64,000 bases of DNA from Octopus sinensis (taxonomy: Eukaryota), in NCBI RefSeq assembly GCF_006345805.1, contig NC_043014.1, forward strand, positions 47,864,001 through 47,928,000. The letters run 5' to 3'. Numbering within the stretch: the stretch's first letter is position 1; each line of letters begins with the position of its first letter. Under the pieces are notes generated by a model, which had not been told where the DNA came from, made no database searches, and saw only the letters and a program-made list of their open reading frames with translations. Made by a program: the position numbers and the translations under genes. Below are positions 49,058-62,899 of the stretch, one piece after another.

Positions 49058-50356
49058 TTAGTTAATTACAACTAGATATTATTACAAGCCAGATACAATT
49101 CCCTCCTAAACACTTGATCATTTGCATAATTGGGTCTTGATTATTATTTTTTTATCTTTTATCAATGAGAAGTGATTAACTAATTATACAGGGGTGAACT
49201 GTGCTCAACCAAAATCAACGGTTCAATTTCAATAATAGTCCAAAGAATTTCCTTTCACCTAAGCTATTTCCATAATGGCAAAATGCATCAACATCACAAC
49301 ATCTCACTCCCTGACAAACTCATCTGTTTGATATTCAGACACTTACATATCACACCCTTTACCCCTTCAAACAGAAATATGGTCCTTGTGTTAGCAATGA
49401 ACTATCAGTTCAGTTCAACACTTCTTGAGGAGTCCTTTCACTGTGTAATAAATACACTTACATCCACATCTCAGTCAGCAGAAAGAAGTGACTGGAGTTT
49501 GCTTGCTTCCTGTCTCAGAAAGTGTAGACAGATTACTGTAAAGATAACACTGTCTAGTACACTTATTTCCTGTCACAGTGTAGATAGATGACTGTAAAGT
49601 TATCCGATACTCCACCCAAAAAGGCTAGTCGTCTTTCACCCACACCAAGCAAAAAATGAAGAATTAGAATGAAGGAACAAAGGCCAGTTTATGTAGAAGT
49701 AGGTTCCAACAGAAATAGCAGCCACATTTCCCTCAAGTTACACCCTACAGCTTTAGAAAAGAAAAGACACATTGGACAACGTAGTCTCAGGTACACTATA
49801 CCTAAAAAAGATAAAAACAAAATGGTCAGGACTGGAACGCCCCTGATTATAAGTTTGCCTAATCAGACGTAACTCAAAATTAAACAATAACAACCGCTAA
49901 ATTTAATGTGAAGAACAACTGGGTATAGCTGACACTTAACATATCTACTGAACACATTACACAATGTGTACGTGTCTCTGGTTACTATTGAAACCCGACT
50001 ACATCAACACTACATAGTGATTGTACATATTACACAATCTGAAGTAATTGTAATTGCAAAGTGTCGGAGGATTAAGAAGATCTGTGTAGCAAAGACTTTA
50101 ATGCTGCAACTGATCACCGCCCAACTCAAGTAAGGGAGAGCACTCAGCCATCACATGATTACATGAATTATTAAAACAATGTAGAATCAAGAAATTAAAC
50201 TAAGATGTTGTAAAATCATCGACATCAGCAATGTAGAGTTGGATTCAATGTCACAGTCACAAGGCTTCCATTGACAGGAATGATAGGAACTGCAGGGCTG
50301 TCTGGGAAACAATCTCAACATCACTGATACTCAGGGAATCTGAGAAATACAGAACC

Positions 50357-50766
50357 TATTTCTTTACTGCCCACAAGGGGCTAAACATAGAAGGGACAAA
50401 CAAGGACAGACATAGGTATTAAGTCGATTACATCGACCCCAGTGCGTAACTGGTACTTAATTTATCGACCCCGAAGGGATGAAAGGCGAAGTTGACCTCA
50501 GTGGAATTTGAACTCAGAACGTAACGGCAGAAGAAATACCTATTTCTTTACTACCCACAAGGGGCTAAACATAGAGGGGACAAACAAGGACAGACATAGG
50601 TATTAAGTCGATTACATTGACCCCAGTGTGTAACTGGTACTTAATTCATCGACTCCGAAAGGATGAAAGGCGAAGTTGACCTCGGCGGAATTTGAACTCA
50701 GAACGTAACGGCAGACGAAATACCGCTAAGCATTTCGCCCGGCGTGCTAACGATTCTGCCAGCTCG
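50357..50766 (-). mobile_element. SINE family 2 head-to-tail dimer within one 17-bp TSD
   Basis: TSD ctgagaaatacagaacc at 50340-50356 and 50767-50783; units 50357-50540 and 50541-50766. Confidence 0.9.
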
Positions 50767-50779
50767 CTGAGAAATACAG

Positions 50780-51640
50780 AACCATCAGTTTGGTCTGGTC
50801 ATCGGAGAAAGCTTTTCCTCCTCCTCACAGAATAACTGATCCGAAAGAAGTACGTCAGAGGAAATATTCAACATCAGAGTGCTGACCAAGAAATGTCTGC
50901 AACACCAATGCGCAGCATCTACAACAAATGCACTGACCTCGAAAACACCTTTGATCTGTGGGACAGGAGGGTTTGGGGTCACGTGATGAGGCAGGAGGGT
51001 TTGAGGTCCTGTAACTCCATCCAAAGAACTCAAGCACTGTATGACAATTCAAACAAGTTCTCCTGTATAACATCATAGAACAGTCCACCAAGGCTGTCTC
51101 CTATCTCCAGTGGTTTTCAACAACTGCATAGAAAATATCATCAATCAGGAGACATTACAGGATTCCCACATTTCCATTTACAACGAGGGCTGGTTCCTCT
51201 GTAACCTATGTTTTACTGACGATATCAATCTGATGGATGGCAGCAAAGCCAGACTGCAAGAACTTCCCACAAGACTAAAAAGAACACCAGGATTGAATGG
51301 AACAGAAGTCGGTCCAGAAAAGAGCAAGATTCTGACCATCATCATCGTTTAACGTCTGCTTTCCATGCTAGCATGGGTTGGACGATTTGACTGAGGACTG
51401 GCAAACCAGAAGGCTGCACCAGGCTACAATTTGATCTGGCAGAGTTTCTACAGCTGGGTGCCCTTCCTAACGCCAACCACTCTGAGCCATAGTCAAAATA
51501 CAGCAACCAATATCAGGCTGATCAAACGAAATAAAACAAAGAAAAACCTCAGATGACTTGAAATATCTCAGATCAATTTTGAGTAAAATGGCAGCTCAGT
51601 AAAAAGATTAAAGGCTAGTTTCATCCTGGCTTTATCTGCC
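50780..51640 (+). mobile_element. Heavily decayed RTE-like LINE reverse transcriptase remnant, with SINE insertions
   Basis: Residual GCLLSPVVFNNCIENI, LCFTDDINL and PEKSKIL motifs; many stops and frameshifts. Confidence 0.6.
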
Positions 51641-51658
51641 ATAAGAAAAAGTTAAACA

Positions 51659-52053
51659 GGCGCAGGAGTGGCTGTGTGGTAAGTAGCTTGCTAACCAACC
51701 ACATGCTTACGGGTTCAGTCCCACTGCGTGGTATCTTGGGCAAGTGTCTTCTGCTATAGCCCCGGGCCAACCAATGCTTTGTGAGTGGATTTGGTAGACG
51801 GAAACTGAAAGAAGCCTGTCGTATATATGTATATATATATATGTATGTGTGTGTGTGTCTGTGTTTGTCCCCCTAGCATTGCTTGACAACCGATGTTGGC
51901 GTGTTTATGTCCCTGTTACTTAGCGGTTCGGCAAAAGAGACCGATAGAATAAGTACTGGGCTTACAAAGAATAAGTCCCGGGGTCGATTTGCTCGACTAA
52001 AAGGCGGTGCTCCAGCATGGCCGCAGTCAAATGACTGAAACAAGTAAAAGAGT
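51659..52053 (+). mobile_element. SINE family 1
   Basis: Full-length copy. Confidence 0.9.
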
Positions 52054-53699
52054 ATATGGAAAAGCACTTCCATAGATTTTTCATGAAGCTTAAACTAGAC
52101 AAGTGCTTAGCGGCTTTAAATTTTATATACATCCAATTTATAACTCTTCAAAATATTAAAAACTATCCAAAAGTAGGACAATGAAATAGTATTTATTTTC
52201 CATTTTGCAGTTAAGGCCAGAAGTCATGTTAGACTAGAGCTATTGTAAGATGATTAACTCAGAAAAATAATGTTGAGTGAAGGACCTATGATAGGGATAG
52301 CTCAAGTGCCATGAGGAATACATCATGTTTATATAAGTGCTTCTCTCTCTCTTGTCTTACTGGTATCAAAACTGGGACAAAAGCCACAAGTATAATGATT
52401 AAGAGCTAATTACAATAGAATAAAACAATAGCTTCATTCATTAAGTATCTCTTTCCTCATTACTACACAAGTGGTTTTCACTTCTCTTTCTGATATTTAT
52501 CTTTTCTTCATCTTGTTGTCATTGCTGCGATAAACGTATAAATCTCTGAGTGTTTATTAACCAAATTTTACCGATTAAACATCAACAACCAAATCAGAGA
52601 AATTACTAGTTTAGATCATATTAAGTGCTGTATTCACATCATATTTCATTATATTATGTTGGTGGTAAGAAACTCTCAAGAGAGCTGAACTGCAGGTCTT
52701 CAGAGAAAAAAACCCACACTCAGGCAAGTGTTTTGGTCCTCAACTTATTACACCCTAAGGGGGCTGGGCAGCATCCAAGTCATGACTCCAGGGTACTCTT
52801 CTGTTGAAACTTTTTAGCCATTTGGATATTAGAGGCTTGTGTTTTTAAACCACTTAGAGATCTCATCTACTTGTAACTCGCCTGGAGTGACTCAGATTTC
52901 AAACTTATTTATACTGAAAGAGCCTAGAAAAAAGCAGATTTTAGAAAACATGAATTTGAAGTTCACTGGATTTTTTAATTTTGTATTTGCTGAGGTTAAG
53001 AAAACATTGTTGATTTTAAATTTTGGACAAGAATAGGGCATCATTGTTTAACATCTGCTTTCCATGCTGGCATGGTTTGATATGGAGATAGCCAGCTGGG
53101 AGCTGTCAAAACCCCAACTGTGTGTTGTGGCATGGTTTCTATGGCTGGATGCCCTTCCTAATGCCAACCACTTAAGAGTGTGCTGGGTACCTTCACTGGG
53201 TACCTTCTATGTGCCACTGAGATGGGTGTGTTTATGCAGCACTGGCATGGGTGCATTTACACAATACCAAACCCTGAAAGGGCAAGCCTGTATGTGCAGA
53301 AGACAGTGATTTTATTTAGCTTGACATATCAAGTACAGCAAATCGCTCCATCTAGTCCCAGACTCAACAAAATTGCATCAAAATATTTACATTATATTAT
53401 ATTCATATTAAATGTATTACTTTATAGTATAGCCACAGGTATGGCTATGTGGTTAAGATGTTTGCTTCCAAATCACATGGTTTCATGTTCAATCCTACTG
53501 TATGGCACCTTAGTGAATTTAATAGATAGAAACTCTCAACCAAATCCATTTAGAAAGACACCCCTTGTGTGTGTGTGTGTTTTACTGTCTTGGCATCATG
53601 TAATAATTGTGAATGAGTGTCACCATCATACAAGTGATGTCATTCATCTTCCATGAAAACATATCAAGCCATTATCATTATCACTGTTATATACTTTTA

Positions 53700-54045
53700 A
53701 TCCTCATGTTTGATGTAATCATTTGCTGGGGCACACCTAGTGCCCTAGGGTAAGTGAAGGTTAAGAGATGTTGAAATATAACAGAAAACTTGGCGAGGAG
53801 AAGTGGTGAGGGCAGTAGAGAGATACCTCCATATAATACAACACAAACATTTCAATTAATGAGCATTTTTCTAAGGATGTGAGCAGTACTTGTCAGCACA
53901 ATCTTTTGGATTTCTTTGAGACATGGGTCTTCTGGGATGTTGTCCAAATGTTTCTGGCATCCCTTGTTTATCATACTTAGGATACCTTCAATAACAGGAA
54001 CAGTTTTTGCATTAAGATACCACAACTTTTGCATGCCACCAAGAT
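53700..54045 (-). mobile_element. R4/Dong-like (REL-endonuclease) non-LTR retrotransposon 3' end
   Basis: LWYLNAKTVPVIEGILSMINKG...EIQKIVLTSTAHILRKML resembles the R4/Dong ORF C-terminus (recalled family motif). Confidence 0.6.
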
Positions 54046-55019
54046 TGACTTTGCTTTCATCCTTTCCGGGTCAATAAAATAAATACTAGTTCAGGACCAG
54101 AGTTAGAAATCGACTTACCCTCTCCCTCAAAATTGCTGGCGTTGTGCCAAATTTGAAACCATTATTATCATTATTTCATTTATGCACAACAGATTACACT
54201 GTTAAGGAACAGTTTCTAATGCACAATTATTATTATTATTATTATCATCAAGATTGCTTCTGTTTTCAGCTGTCATATTTTCTAGTAATCTCTATTTCCA
54301 GGTCTATTTCTTTGGATAATTTCTCTATTTTTTTTGGTTAAGAAGTTCACTTTCCAGCCACAAGGGTTCAAGTTCTATCCCACAGTATGGCACCATGGGC
54401 AATGTCTTCTACAATCACCTCAAGTTGACCAATGCCTTGTGAGTGGAATTTGGCAAAACAGAAACTATACAGCAGCCTGTTGAGCATAGCGTCATCATTT
54501 TACACCTGCTTTCCATGCTTCATTGGCTGGAATCCAAGTTAGTTTATATTCGGTGTTATTGCCCTAGGAGGGCAATAACATTTCATAATTGGCTTTGCTT
54601 CTATGGTTAGATATCCTCTCACCAACCATTTTACAGTGCACTAGGTGCATATTTTTTTTTTTACGGTGCTACAGCTAGAGAGATTGTCAAGCTCTCAACA
54701 AGACTAAAAAGACCTCTTGGCTCTATGCTGTTTCCTCCTATTTGCCAAACACTTTCCGGGGGCGCCTTAAGAACAGTTTACAGAAGCAGCACTAGGGAGG
54801 TAGCATTGTTTCTATCACATTAGACAATGGCAAGTCAGATCATCATCATCATTTAGCGTCCGCTTTCCATGCTAGCATGGGTTGGACGGTTCAACTGGGA
54901 TCTGGGAATACAGAAGGCTGCACCAGGCTCCAGTCTGATCTGGCAGTGTTTCTACAGCTGGATGCCCTTCCTAACGCCAACCACTCCGTGAGTGTAGTGG
55001 GTGCTTTTACCAGCATGGA

Positions 55020-55330
55020 AAAAGTGGGCACAAAAATGATATATTATTGCTTGTTGGGACTAACACTTTTAGTTGGAAGACATCTCCTTTCTGGATCGAC
55101 CTTAATATCTGGCCATTTAGCCTTGATCTCCCCATCTTTGTAAATTGGTATATCCCAGAGTATGGTAGTGTTGTCATTCTCTCACACCCTATCACCTGTA
55201 TATCAATACTGTCTCTTTTTAGGGTACTGCAGGCATAATGTCCAATGATTGAAAGCCCCAACTCTGTTATGGCTGTAGATGCAGTGCTTCTAAGCCAAGA
55301 CTGAGCAGCCAGGGACTGTGGTGGTTTCTT
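55020..55330 (-). mobile_element. Upstream part of the same R4/Dong-like element (REL endonuclease region)
   Basis: One frame reads ENDNTTILWDIPIYKDGEIKAKWPDIKV, similar to ILWD.PI.TD..I.ANRPDIV of REL domains. Separated from 53700-54045 by SINEs. Confidence 0.5.
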
Positions 55331-55619
55331 CCCATTCCTGACATGTTCTGTAGTTAATGGGTTCTGCTATATCATAGGCTGCTGAAGGTTTCTAGTGAGG
55401 AGACTTTTATTCAAGAATTCTTCAATCTCAAATTTGAGTTCTGTGCTTCTCAGCCAAAATTGTTTTGTTTTGTTTTACTTTCTAGGTATTCAGTTTTTTC
55501 AGGTATTAGCCATGTAGCAGTTTCTCATGCCATCACTGATTTCAAATTCTGGCACAAAGCCAGCAACTTTGGGGGAGGGTATAAGTCAATTCAACTGACT
55601 CCAGTGCTCAACTGCTACT

Positions 55620-56000
55620 GCGCAAGAGTGGCTGTGTGGTAAGTAACTTGCTTACGAACCACATGGTTCCAGGTTCAGTCCCACTGCGTGGCACCTTGGG
55701 CAAGTGTCTTCTACTATAGCCCCGGGCCAACCAAAGCCTTGTGAGTGGATTTGGTAGACGGAAACTGAAAGAAGCCCAACGTATATGTATATATATGTGT
55801 GTTTGTGTGTCTGTATTTGTCCCCCCAACATCACTTGACAACTGATGCTGGTATGTTTACGTCCCTGTACCTTAGGTTCGGCAAAAGTGACTGATAGAAT
55901 AAGTACTAGGCTTATAAAGAATAAGTCCTGGGATCGATTTGCTCGACTAAAGGCGGTGCTCCAGCATTGCCGCAGTCAAATGGCAAACAAGTAAAAAAGA
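55620..56000 (+). mobile_element. SINE family 1
   Basis: Full-length copy. Confidence 0.85.
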
Positions 56001-56262
56001 AAAAAAAAACCAAAAAGGCAAAGTCAAGTTTGGCAGGATTTGAACTCAGAATGTAAAGACAGACAAAATACCACTAAGCATTTTGCTCAGCATGCTAATG
56101 ATTCCGCCAGCACACCATTGTTTTAATATCAAAAATAAGAAGGTAGAGTAGATAGACCAGCGCAGTCTAGAATTCAACTTTACATTTCTCTGACCCATGA
56201 TTAAAAAATTAAATACCCAAAGTATAAAGTTATTTAGTTCAACAATACTTCAAACAACTTTC

Positions 56263-56493
56263 TTATTTCTTTACTACCCACAAGGGGCTACACACAGAGG
56301 GGACAAGCAAAGATAGACAAATGGATTAAGTCGATTATATCGACCCCAGTGCGTAACTGGTACTTATTTAATCGACCCCGAAAGGATGAAAGGCAAAGTC
56401 AACCTTGGTGGAATTTGAACTCAGAATGTAGCGGCAGAGGAAATACCACTAAGCATTTCACCCGGCGTGCTAACGTTTCTGCTAACTCGCCGC
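56263..56493 (-). mobile_element. SINE family 2 with 15-bp TSD
   Basis: cttcaaacaactttc at 56248-56262 and 56494-56508. Confidence 0.9.
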
Positions 56494-56569
56494 CTTCAAA
56501 CAACTTTCCTTAAAGAGTTAATGCCAGTAGGAAAGGCATGAACACCATACGATTATCACATTGACTTAC

Positions 56570-56701
56570 CTTCCAGGTTTATTTACATACTTCTGCAGGC
56601 GTACCTTCACCTCATCATACGTAAGGAATGCTACATAGCCTGGATGTGTTACTGCAAGTACATTCCAATTCCGCAACAAATTTGTCCATGGCTGGAATAA
56701 T
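56570..56701 (-). CDS. CBL: Cbl exon, TKB domain (EF-hand/SH2-like junction): (R)[43 protein letters not shown](S)
   Basis: Manual translation closely matches human [48 protein letters not shown]. Acceptor tttccag, donor gtaagt; 132 nt, phase 2 to 2. Absent from the ORF track. Confidence 0.97.
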
Positions 56702-57514
56702 CTGGAAATGCAAGAAAAGCCAGTTTATATATGTATGTATATAATATATATATATATGTCATCATCATCATTTATTGTCCATTTTCCATGTTGGCATGGG
56801 TTGGAGAGTTTGGCAGGAGCCACACCAGGTTCCATAGTCTGTTTTGGCTTAGTTTCTACAGCTTGATGCCCTTCCTAATGCTAACCACTTTTCAGTGTAT
56901 TGGGTGCTTTTTATGTGGCACCAACACCAGTGCCCTTCATGGGTGAGCATTACCAATAAAGTTTTAGGATATCTATTCTGCTGTGGTGGATGGGTCATCT
57001 CGAATACACCAATGTGCCATATATCTCAATCTTGTGTGTGTGTATATGTGTGTACACACACACACACAAATGATGAGAAATAGTTGAAAATGTACTAAAT
57101 TTTTTTTATATATTTGAATTACTATTTTTTCTTCTTTTTTTTTTTTTTGCAGAATAAAACAAGTGATATTTTCCCACATACATATCATCATCATAATTTA
57201 ACATCCATTTTCAATGCTGGAATGGGTTTGTAAGGTTTGAGAGGCTCTTACAGGCCCAAGGACTGCATTGTGCTCTAGTGTCTGCTTTGGTATGGTTTCA
57301 ACTACTGGAAGCTATTAAAAAACATTAGAATTATTTTCACATAAAAAGTGCTTAACTGAAAATAAAAATTGTGGACCTTTTTTTTTGTGTATTCTACATA
57401 TAATTCTGATTTTATAGAAGTACTTATGTGTGTATGTGTGTGTGTGTGTTTTTGTAATAGATTAAAAGGATAGACAAGCAAACAACTGGTATTGGATCAG
57501 ATTACAAAATATAT

Positions 57515-57894
57515 TTAACCCTTTAGTATTCAGATTACTCAGTCAAATATAATGCTTATTTATTCATATTCATCATCATCATCGCTTAATGTCCGTTTTC
57601 CATGCTGGCATGGGTTGGACGGTTCAACTGGGGTCTGGGAAGCCAGGAGGCTGCGCCAGGCCCAGTCTGATCTGGCAGTGTTTCTACAGCTGGATGCCCT
57701 TCCTAACGCCAACCACTCCACTGTTTTGAATTAATCCTGCAATATCGCGTGGCTGTAAGATTTCAATGATGTGACTGTTTAATTTCAGAATAACATTGTA
57801 GGGTAGGTACATGATGCTGGATATAGCTAGTTTGAACATAAAACAAGTATAATATTAGGGCCAGATATGGTTGGTTTAAATGCTAAATGGTTAA
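57515..57894. mobile_element. Family B MITE (reverse) split by a (CAT)n-tailed SINE at about 57571-57720
   Basis: MITE sequence resumes (ctgttttgaattaatc) right after the SINE. Confidence 0.7.
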
Positions 57895-58150
57895 ACATAA
57901 AGAGTGAGCTGTTACAGGAGCAAAGATCAAAAGAGGTTGATAAGAATTTTCATAATGGTTACAGTATATGCAAGCATTCTCCCAGAAGTTATATGGTAGG
58001 TTTGAATTATTGGTATTAGGTTATAATTCAGACTTACCATATGACTGTTCTGGGAGAATATTAACATCTATCATAACAATTATGAACATTCATCTGACCT
58101 TTCATCAGCCTCTTGTAATCTATATTCCTGCAACAACTCAACCATCATCT

Positions 58151-58350
58151 TTAACCCTTTAGTATTTAAACTGGCCATATCCGGCCAAAATATTTAATCT
58201 GTTTTATGTTCAAACTGACCAATGTTATTCTACGTTAGGTAATTACACCATCAAGATCTTGAAGATATGAGATAATGCATGATTAATTCAAATCAATGGG
58301 AATCAATAAGCATTATGTTTGATAGAATAATCAGAACACTAAAGGGTTAA
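58151..58350. mobile_element. TTAA-flanked MITE family B copy
   Basis: TTAA flanks, ccctttag / ctaaaggg termini. Confidence 0.75.
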
Positions 58351-58577
58351 ATATATGTCATAATCCGACCTGATACCAGTTGTTTACTTGTGTATCCTTT
58401 ATTCTGTTGTACATGTACATGCTTAATTGAAACACTACCCATAACCAATGTTCAGTAGGCAGCAATATCTTCCCTGCTTTTTTGGTTGCGGTTCAAGTCA
58501 GAGTTTAGGCAACAAATGAATCTGAACACTAATCGCATGTACCTGTAAATCTACAGCATCAGATGCAATATTCCCTG

Positions 58578-58614
<37 letters not shown>

Positions 58615-58616
<2 letters not shown>

Positions 58617-58778
58617 CACAAGTGTGGCTGTGTGATAAAGTAGCTTGCTTACCAACCACATGGTTCCAGGTTCAATCCCACTGCATGACACCTTGGGCAA
58701 GTGTCTTCTACTATAACCTCAGGCTGACCAAAGCCTTGAGTGGATTTGGTAGACAGAAACTGAAAGAAGCCCATTGTG

Positions 58779-58844
<66 letters not shown>

Positions 58845-59330
58845 TACTTCCACTATTGCTTGACAACTGTTGCTGTGTTTACATACCCGTAACTTAGCAG
58901 TTCGGCAAAATAGACCGATAGAATAAGTTCTAAGCTTACAAAGAATAAGTCCTGAGGTTGATTTGTCCAACTAATGGTAGTGCTCCAGCATGGCCAAATA
59001 AAAGAATATATAGGTGATGGTGTGGCAAGAAGTTTGCTTCACAACCATGCGCTTCTGGGTTCAGTCTCACTGTGCGGCACCTTGGGCATGTGTTTTCTAT
59101 TCTAGTCCTGGGCCAACCAAAACCTTGTGGGTGGATTTGGTAAACGAAAACTGAAAGAAGCTTGTCGTGTATGTGAGCGCGCGTGTGTATGTGAGCGACC
59201 ATGTGTATGTGAGCGTGCGTGTGGATGTGAGCATGTGTGCGTATGTGTGCATCTGAGTGTCTCCTTGTCCTAGCATCACATGACAGTTGCAAAAATGACT
59301 GTCACTACCATACAAGCAGTGTCATTCTCG
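58615..59330 (+). mobile_element. Two adjacent family 1-related SINEs (58615-59005; 59010-59330)
   Basis: Two heads and two CORE-like blocks in tandem; the second has a different 3' part. Confidence 0.75.
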
Positions 59331-60611
59331 TCCAATATTCCACAAAAACATGTCCGGCCATGGGGTAAATTTACCTAGCTTAGGAACAGATGAGGGTCAG
59401 TAACGGGAAGGGCATCCAGTCATAGAAAACCTGCCTCAATAAACTTTTGTTTGACCCATGCAAGCATGGAAAAGTGGACGTTAGAATGATGGTGGTGGTG
59501 ATGATGATGATCACACACACACATACACAGAGGTTATACAAAATATATATAGATATGATTAGACATTATTCTGCAGTCTCATTATAGATGACTGACTTCA
59601 GTGTAATCTGGAACAAATCAATACACCTGACAGGGACATTTCCAATAGATTTGCTCTGATTGCATTCATTCACTGCTCATCATTCACTTCAACCGATGCA
59701 AATCACTTGACCTACTAGAAATAGTAGTCAAATCTCCTTCAAATAATGCCTACTGTCTGAAATGAAGGTCACGCAGGATAATGAACTTTCCCTTCATACA
59801 GGACGAAGACAGGATGGTCACAGTTGGAATGCCTCTGATCTGTTTGATCAGGGCTGACCTTGGGCTAAACAGTAACCACCACCTCTGCTCTTTATTTTTC
59901 AACACACGTACACACACACAGTGTACTGGTGCTTGGCACGACTCATCGCTACCTGCTCATGAATATGTGTGGTGATGGTGGTGGTTTGGACACAAGTGTG
60001 TATGTGTGTGTGTGTGTGTGTGTGTGTAGTAATGCTGGTAGTTAAGATGTGTTATGGTATGTAGTGTAGCAGTGATACGTGTGTGCGTGAACAAAGCAAG
60101 CACAAAGTAGCAGAGCACGGTAATGATAATGTATGTGTTGTAGTGGTGTGGTGACAGCATAAAGTAGAGGCGCAGGTGCTAGTTCATAGTTGCAACATGT
60201 CTATAAGTTGTGGTGGTCACCAGCATAGGATTTGGTGTGAGCAGAGTGCATGAGAAACTGAACAGGGTGATTAGATTAACGAGGTAAACTCATGTGTGTG
60301 TGTGTGTAGCGAGAGAGAGAGACAGACAGACAGACATTCCAAATGTGACCATCTTGTTTGTATAAAGACATGCTCACCTACATTATTTAATGTCCTTTTT
60401 TTTTCTATTTAACCTTTTTCCTGTGAAAAATAGGTACATCTACTCAAAATTTCATTACCCCCAACTGTGGAAAGTAATTTTATAGTTACATATACCAGTT
60501 TATCTTTCATATTTGAAACCATTTTTATTTTGTTGAGATATGTCACATTTACTAAGGCCACAGAATTTGTAGAAAACACCAATTCTATTTTTTGATAGAA
60601 ATTTAACAAAA

Positions 60612-60840
60612 ACACCATTTGAGCGTGGCCGTTGCCAGTACCGCCTGACTGGCCCTTGTACCAGTGGCACGTAAAAGCACTCTCGGAGTTGTTGGCATTA
60701 GGAAGGGCATCCAGCTGTAGAAACTGCCAGATCAAGATTGGAGCCTGGTGCAGCCATCTGGTTTCGCCAGTCCTCAGTCAAATCGTCCAACCCATGCTAG
60801 CATGGAAAGCGGACGTTAAACGATGATGATGATGATGATG
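60612..60840 (+). mobile_element. SINE family 3
   Basis: Same block and (GAT)n tail. Confidence 0.8.
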
Positions 60841-61828
60841 GAATAATGATGAAATTTAATTTCACAGCTGAAGGATTAACACTATATTGTGATATTTTGA
60901 GTAAGTCTAGTAACCATACAGAGACTCCTTAGTTTGGCTCCAGTGTGTGTGCGTGTGTGTTTCGTAGTTGATTAAAGTGAAATAAGTGAGTTTTGTGGTT
61001 TGTCTAAGGATAAAAACAACAAAAACAATTACTACAACAGGGGAAGGTTTTGAACTCACAACTCTTCAACTCACTCATCCAACACTTCAACCACTGACCC
61101 TCTTAACCAACAAATAACTACTTTGGTATTATTCTCCACTTCTCTGCCAGACATCCACCCACTTGCTTTCCAGCACCAATTGGAGTTTCACCAATTATCT
61201 CTCAAAGAATACATTCAGTCGAGTTACTTCCTGCTGGGAGTTCTTCCATTGGCACCACTTGTAGAAGAGTTTACCATGAACAGGTGGGTGTTGTGGTGTT
61301 GTGGCTGGCAGAGCTCTTCTTAGCATTGGTAAATTGTAGGAAGGAATTTTTGTTTTGTTTTGTTTTGTTTGTCTTTCTTATTTGAACATTGCATGTCTTG
61401 AGCGAGTGTCAGGTTCCAGCGCTGAGGTTTTGGTGAGAGTTATCAGTAAAGTTGTAAATTCCACTGACGTAGGACAGCATGGCCCAGGGCTGAATCAGTA
61501 AGATGAGAAAGATGGTATATAGTGTGGTGGCGTGGGGTGGGGTGGGGGACACACAACATGATGTCAATCAGCACCATTCATTCAACTTTTGGTGAACATT
61601 TTTTTTGTTCTTCCTTATCTTCCCTTCATATGTCTGTACACTGGAAGACTTGTCTAAGAGAAGGTGTGGGAGGAGGAGAAGACTAACTCACCACTTCCCA
61701 TCATTCCTCTCAATCCCCTCGTCGGTAATTTATTTTATCAACTTCCAAACTATCAATGGAACCTTTATGTGGTAACGCGATCCATTAGAAATAGCAGCCA
61801 AATTTCTATCAAATAACGCCTTACAGCC

Positions 61829-62058
61829 TTAACCCTTTAGCATTTAAATCGGCCATATCCGGCCAAAAGTATTCTGACTGTTTTATGTTCAAACTGGCTA
61901 GATCTGGTCTCTCACACCAACCCTACAATGTCATTTTAAAAATTAACAGTTACCTCATCAAAATCTCATAGCTACAAGATAATGCATGATTCGTTCAAGG
62001 CAATGAGGATAAAAAAAGCATTAATTTTGGCAGAATAATGCAAACACTAAAGGGTTAA
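61829..62058. mobile_element. TTAA-flanked MITE family B copy
   Basis: TTAA flanks, ccctttag / ctaaaggg termini. Confidence 0.75.
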
Positions 62059-62899
62059 ACATGAAAGTACCAATCAACTATTGCAGGTGTAGATATTCAT
62101 GGTTGGATTACTATTGATGTGATTCAATTATAGTTGACCTTGGGTTAAACAACAACAACAACTTGATGAACAAATGACTAAGTCAGCCCTTGTGTAGCAT
62201 TTAAAACCAGAGAGGAAAAAGCCCCCAGGAATTGTTTGAAATGGCAGTACCAAACACAGAATCAGTGATGGAAACAAATAACCCACAGATTCTTCTTAAC
62301 CTAGCTTCCTCAGTACCACTGTACCAATCCCAGTTCTCAAACAACTCATGATTATGTTTGGCTTTATAAACCTAGCTGACCCATCCCTACAATAAACACA
62401 CCAACCTTATACAAAGAATACAAGAAAAACAGTGCTTAAAATATTTCTCTATTTCAAAGACCATTTTTAAAGAGAGACTGACAGACAGACATTGTTCCTG
62501 GAATATTAAATATGGCAAAGATTCAGCAAATCTGGAATTAGTTTATTAAACTAAAGAACTCTCACTAATTAGCTAATTAATGTTTTATTATAATAAAGTT
62601 ATAAAAATAAATAACATGACCAGGATATTAATGTAAAAGTCATCGTCAATTAAGATGTTAGCTTTATCTTATTCTCTCTCTGTTTTAACTTTATCCTGCT
62701 CTCTTTGTCTGATGGTCTCTCTCTCATTCTCTCTCTCTCTCCGAGATGGTAGTTTATTGTCTCTGTCTTTTAGTTGTAACTCTCTCTCTCTCTCAACTAA
62801 GATGAACAATGACTGATAATACTGGTGGTGATGATGATGATGATGAGCACAAGATTCTTTTTTTCAACAATTTCTTCGCGTTGTGTGTGTATGTGCAAT

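Noticed and set aside
61123-61323. GC-richer block with a 66-aa ORF; searched as the missing upstream TKB exon
   Set aside because: No frame resembles Cbl [20 protein letters not shown]. The upstream exons appear to lie outside the window.
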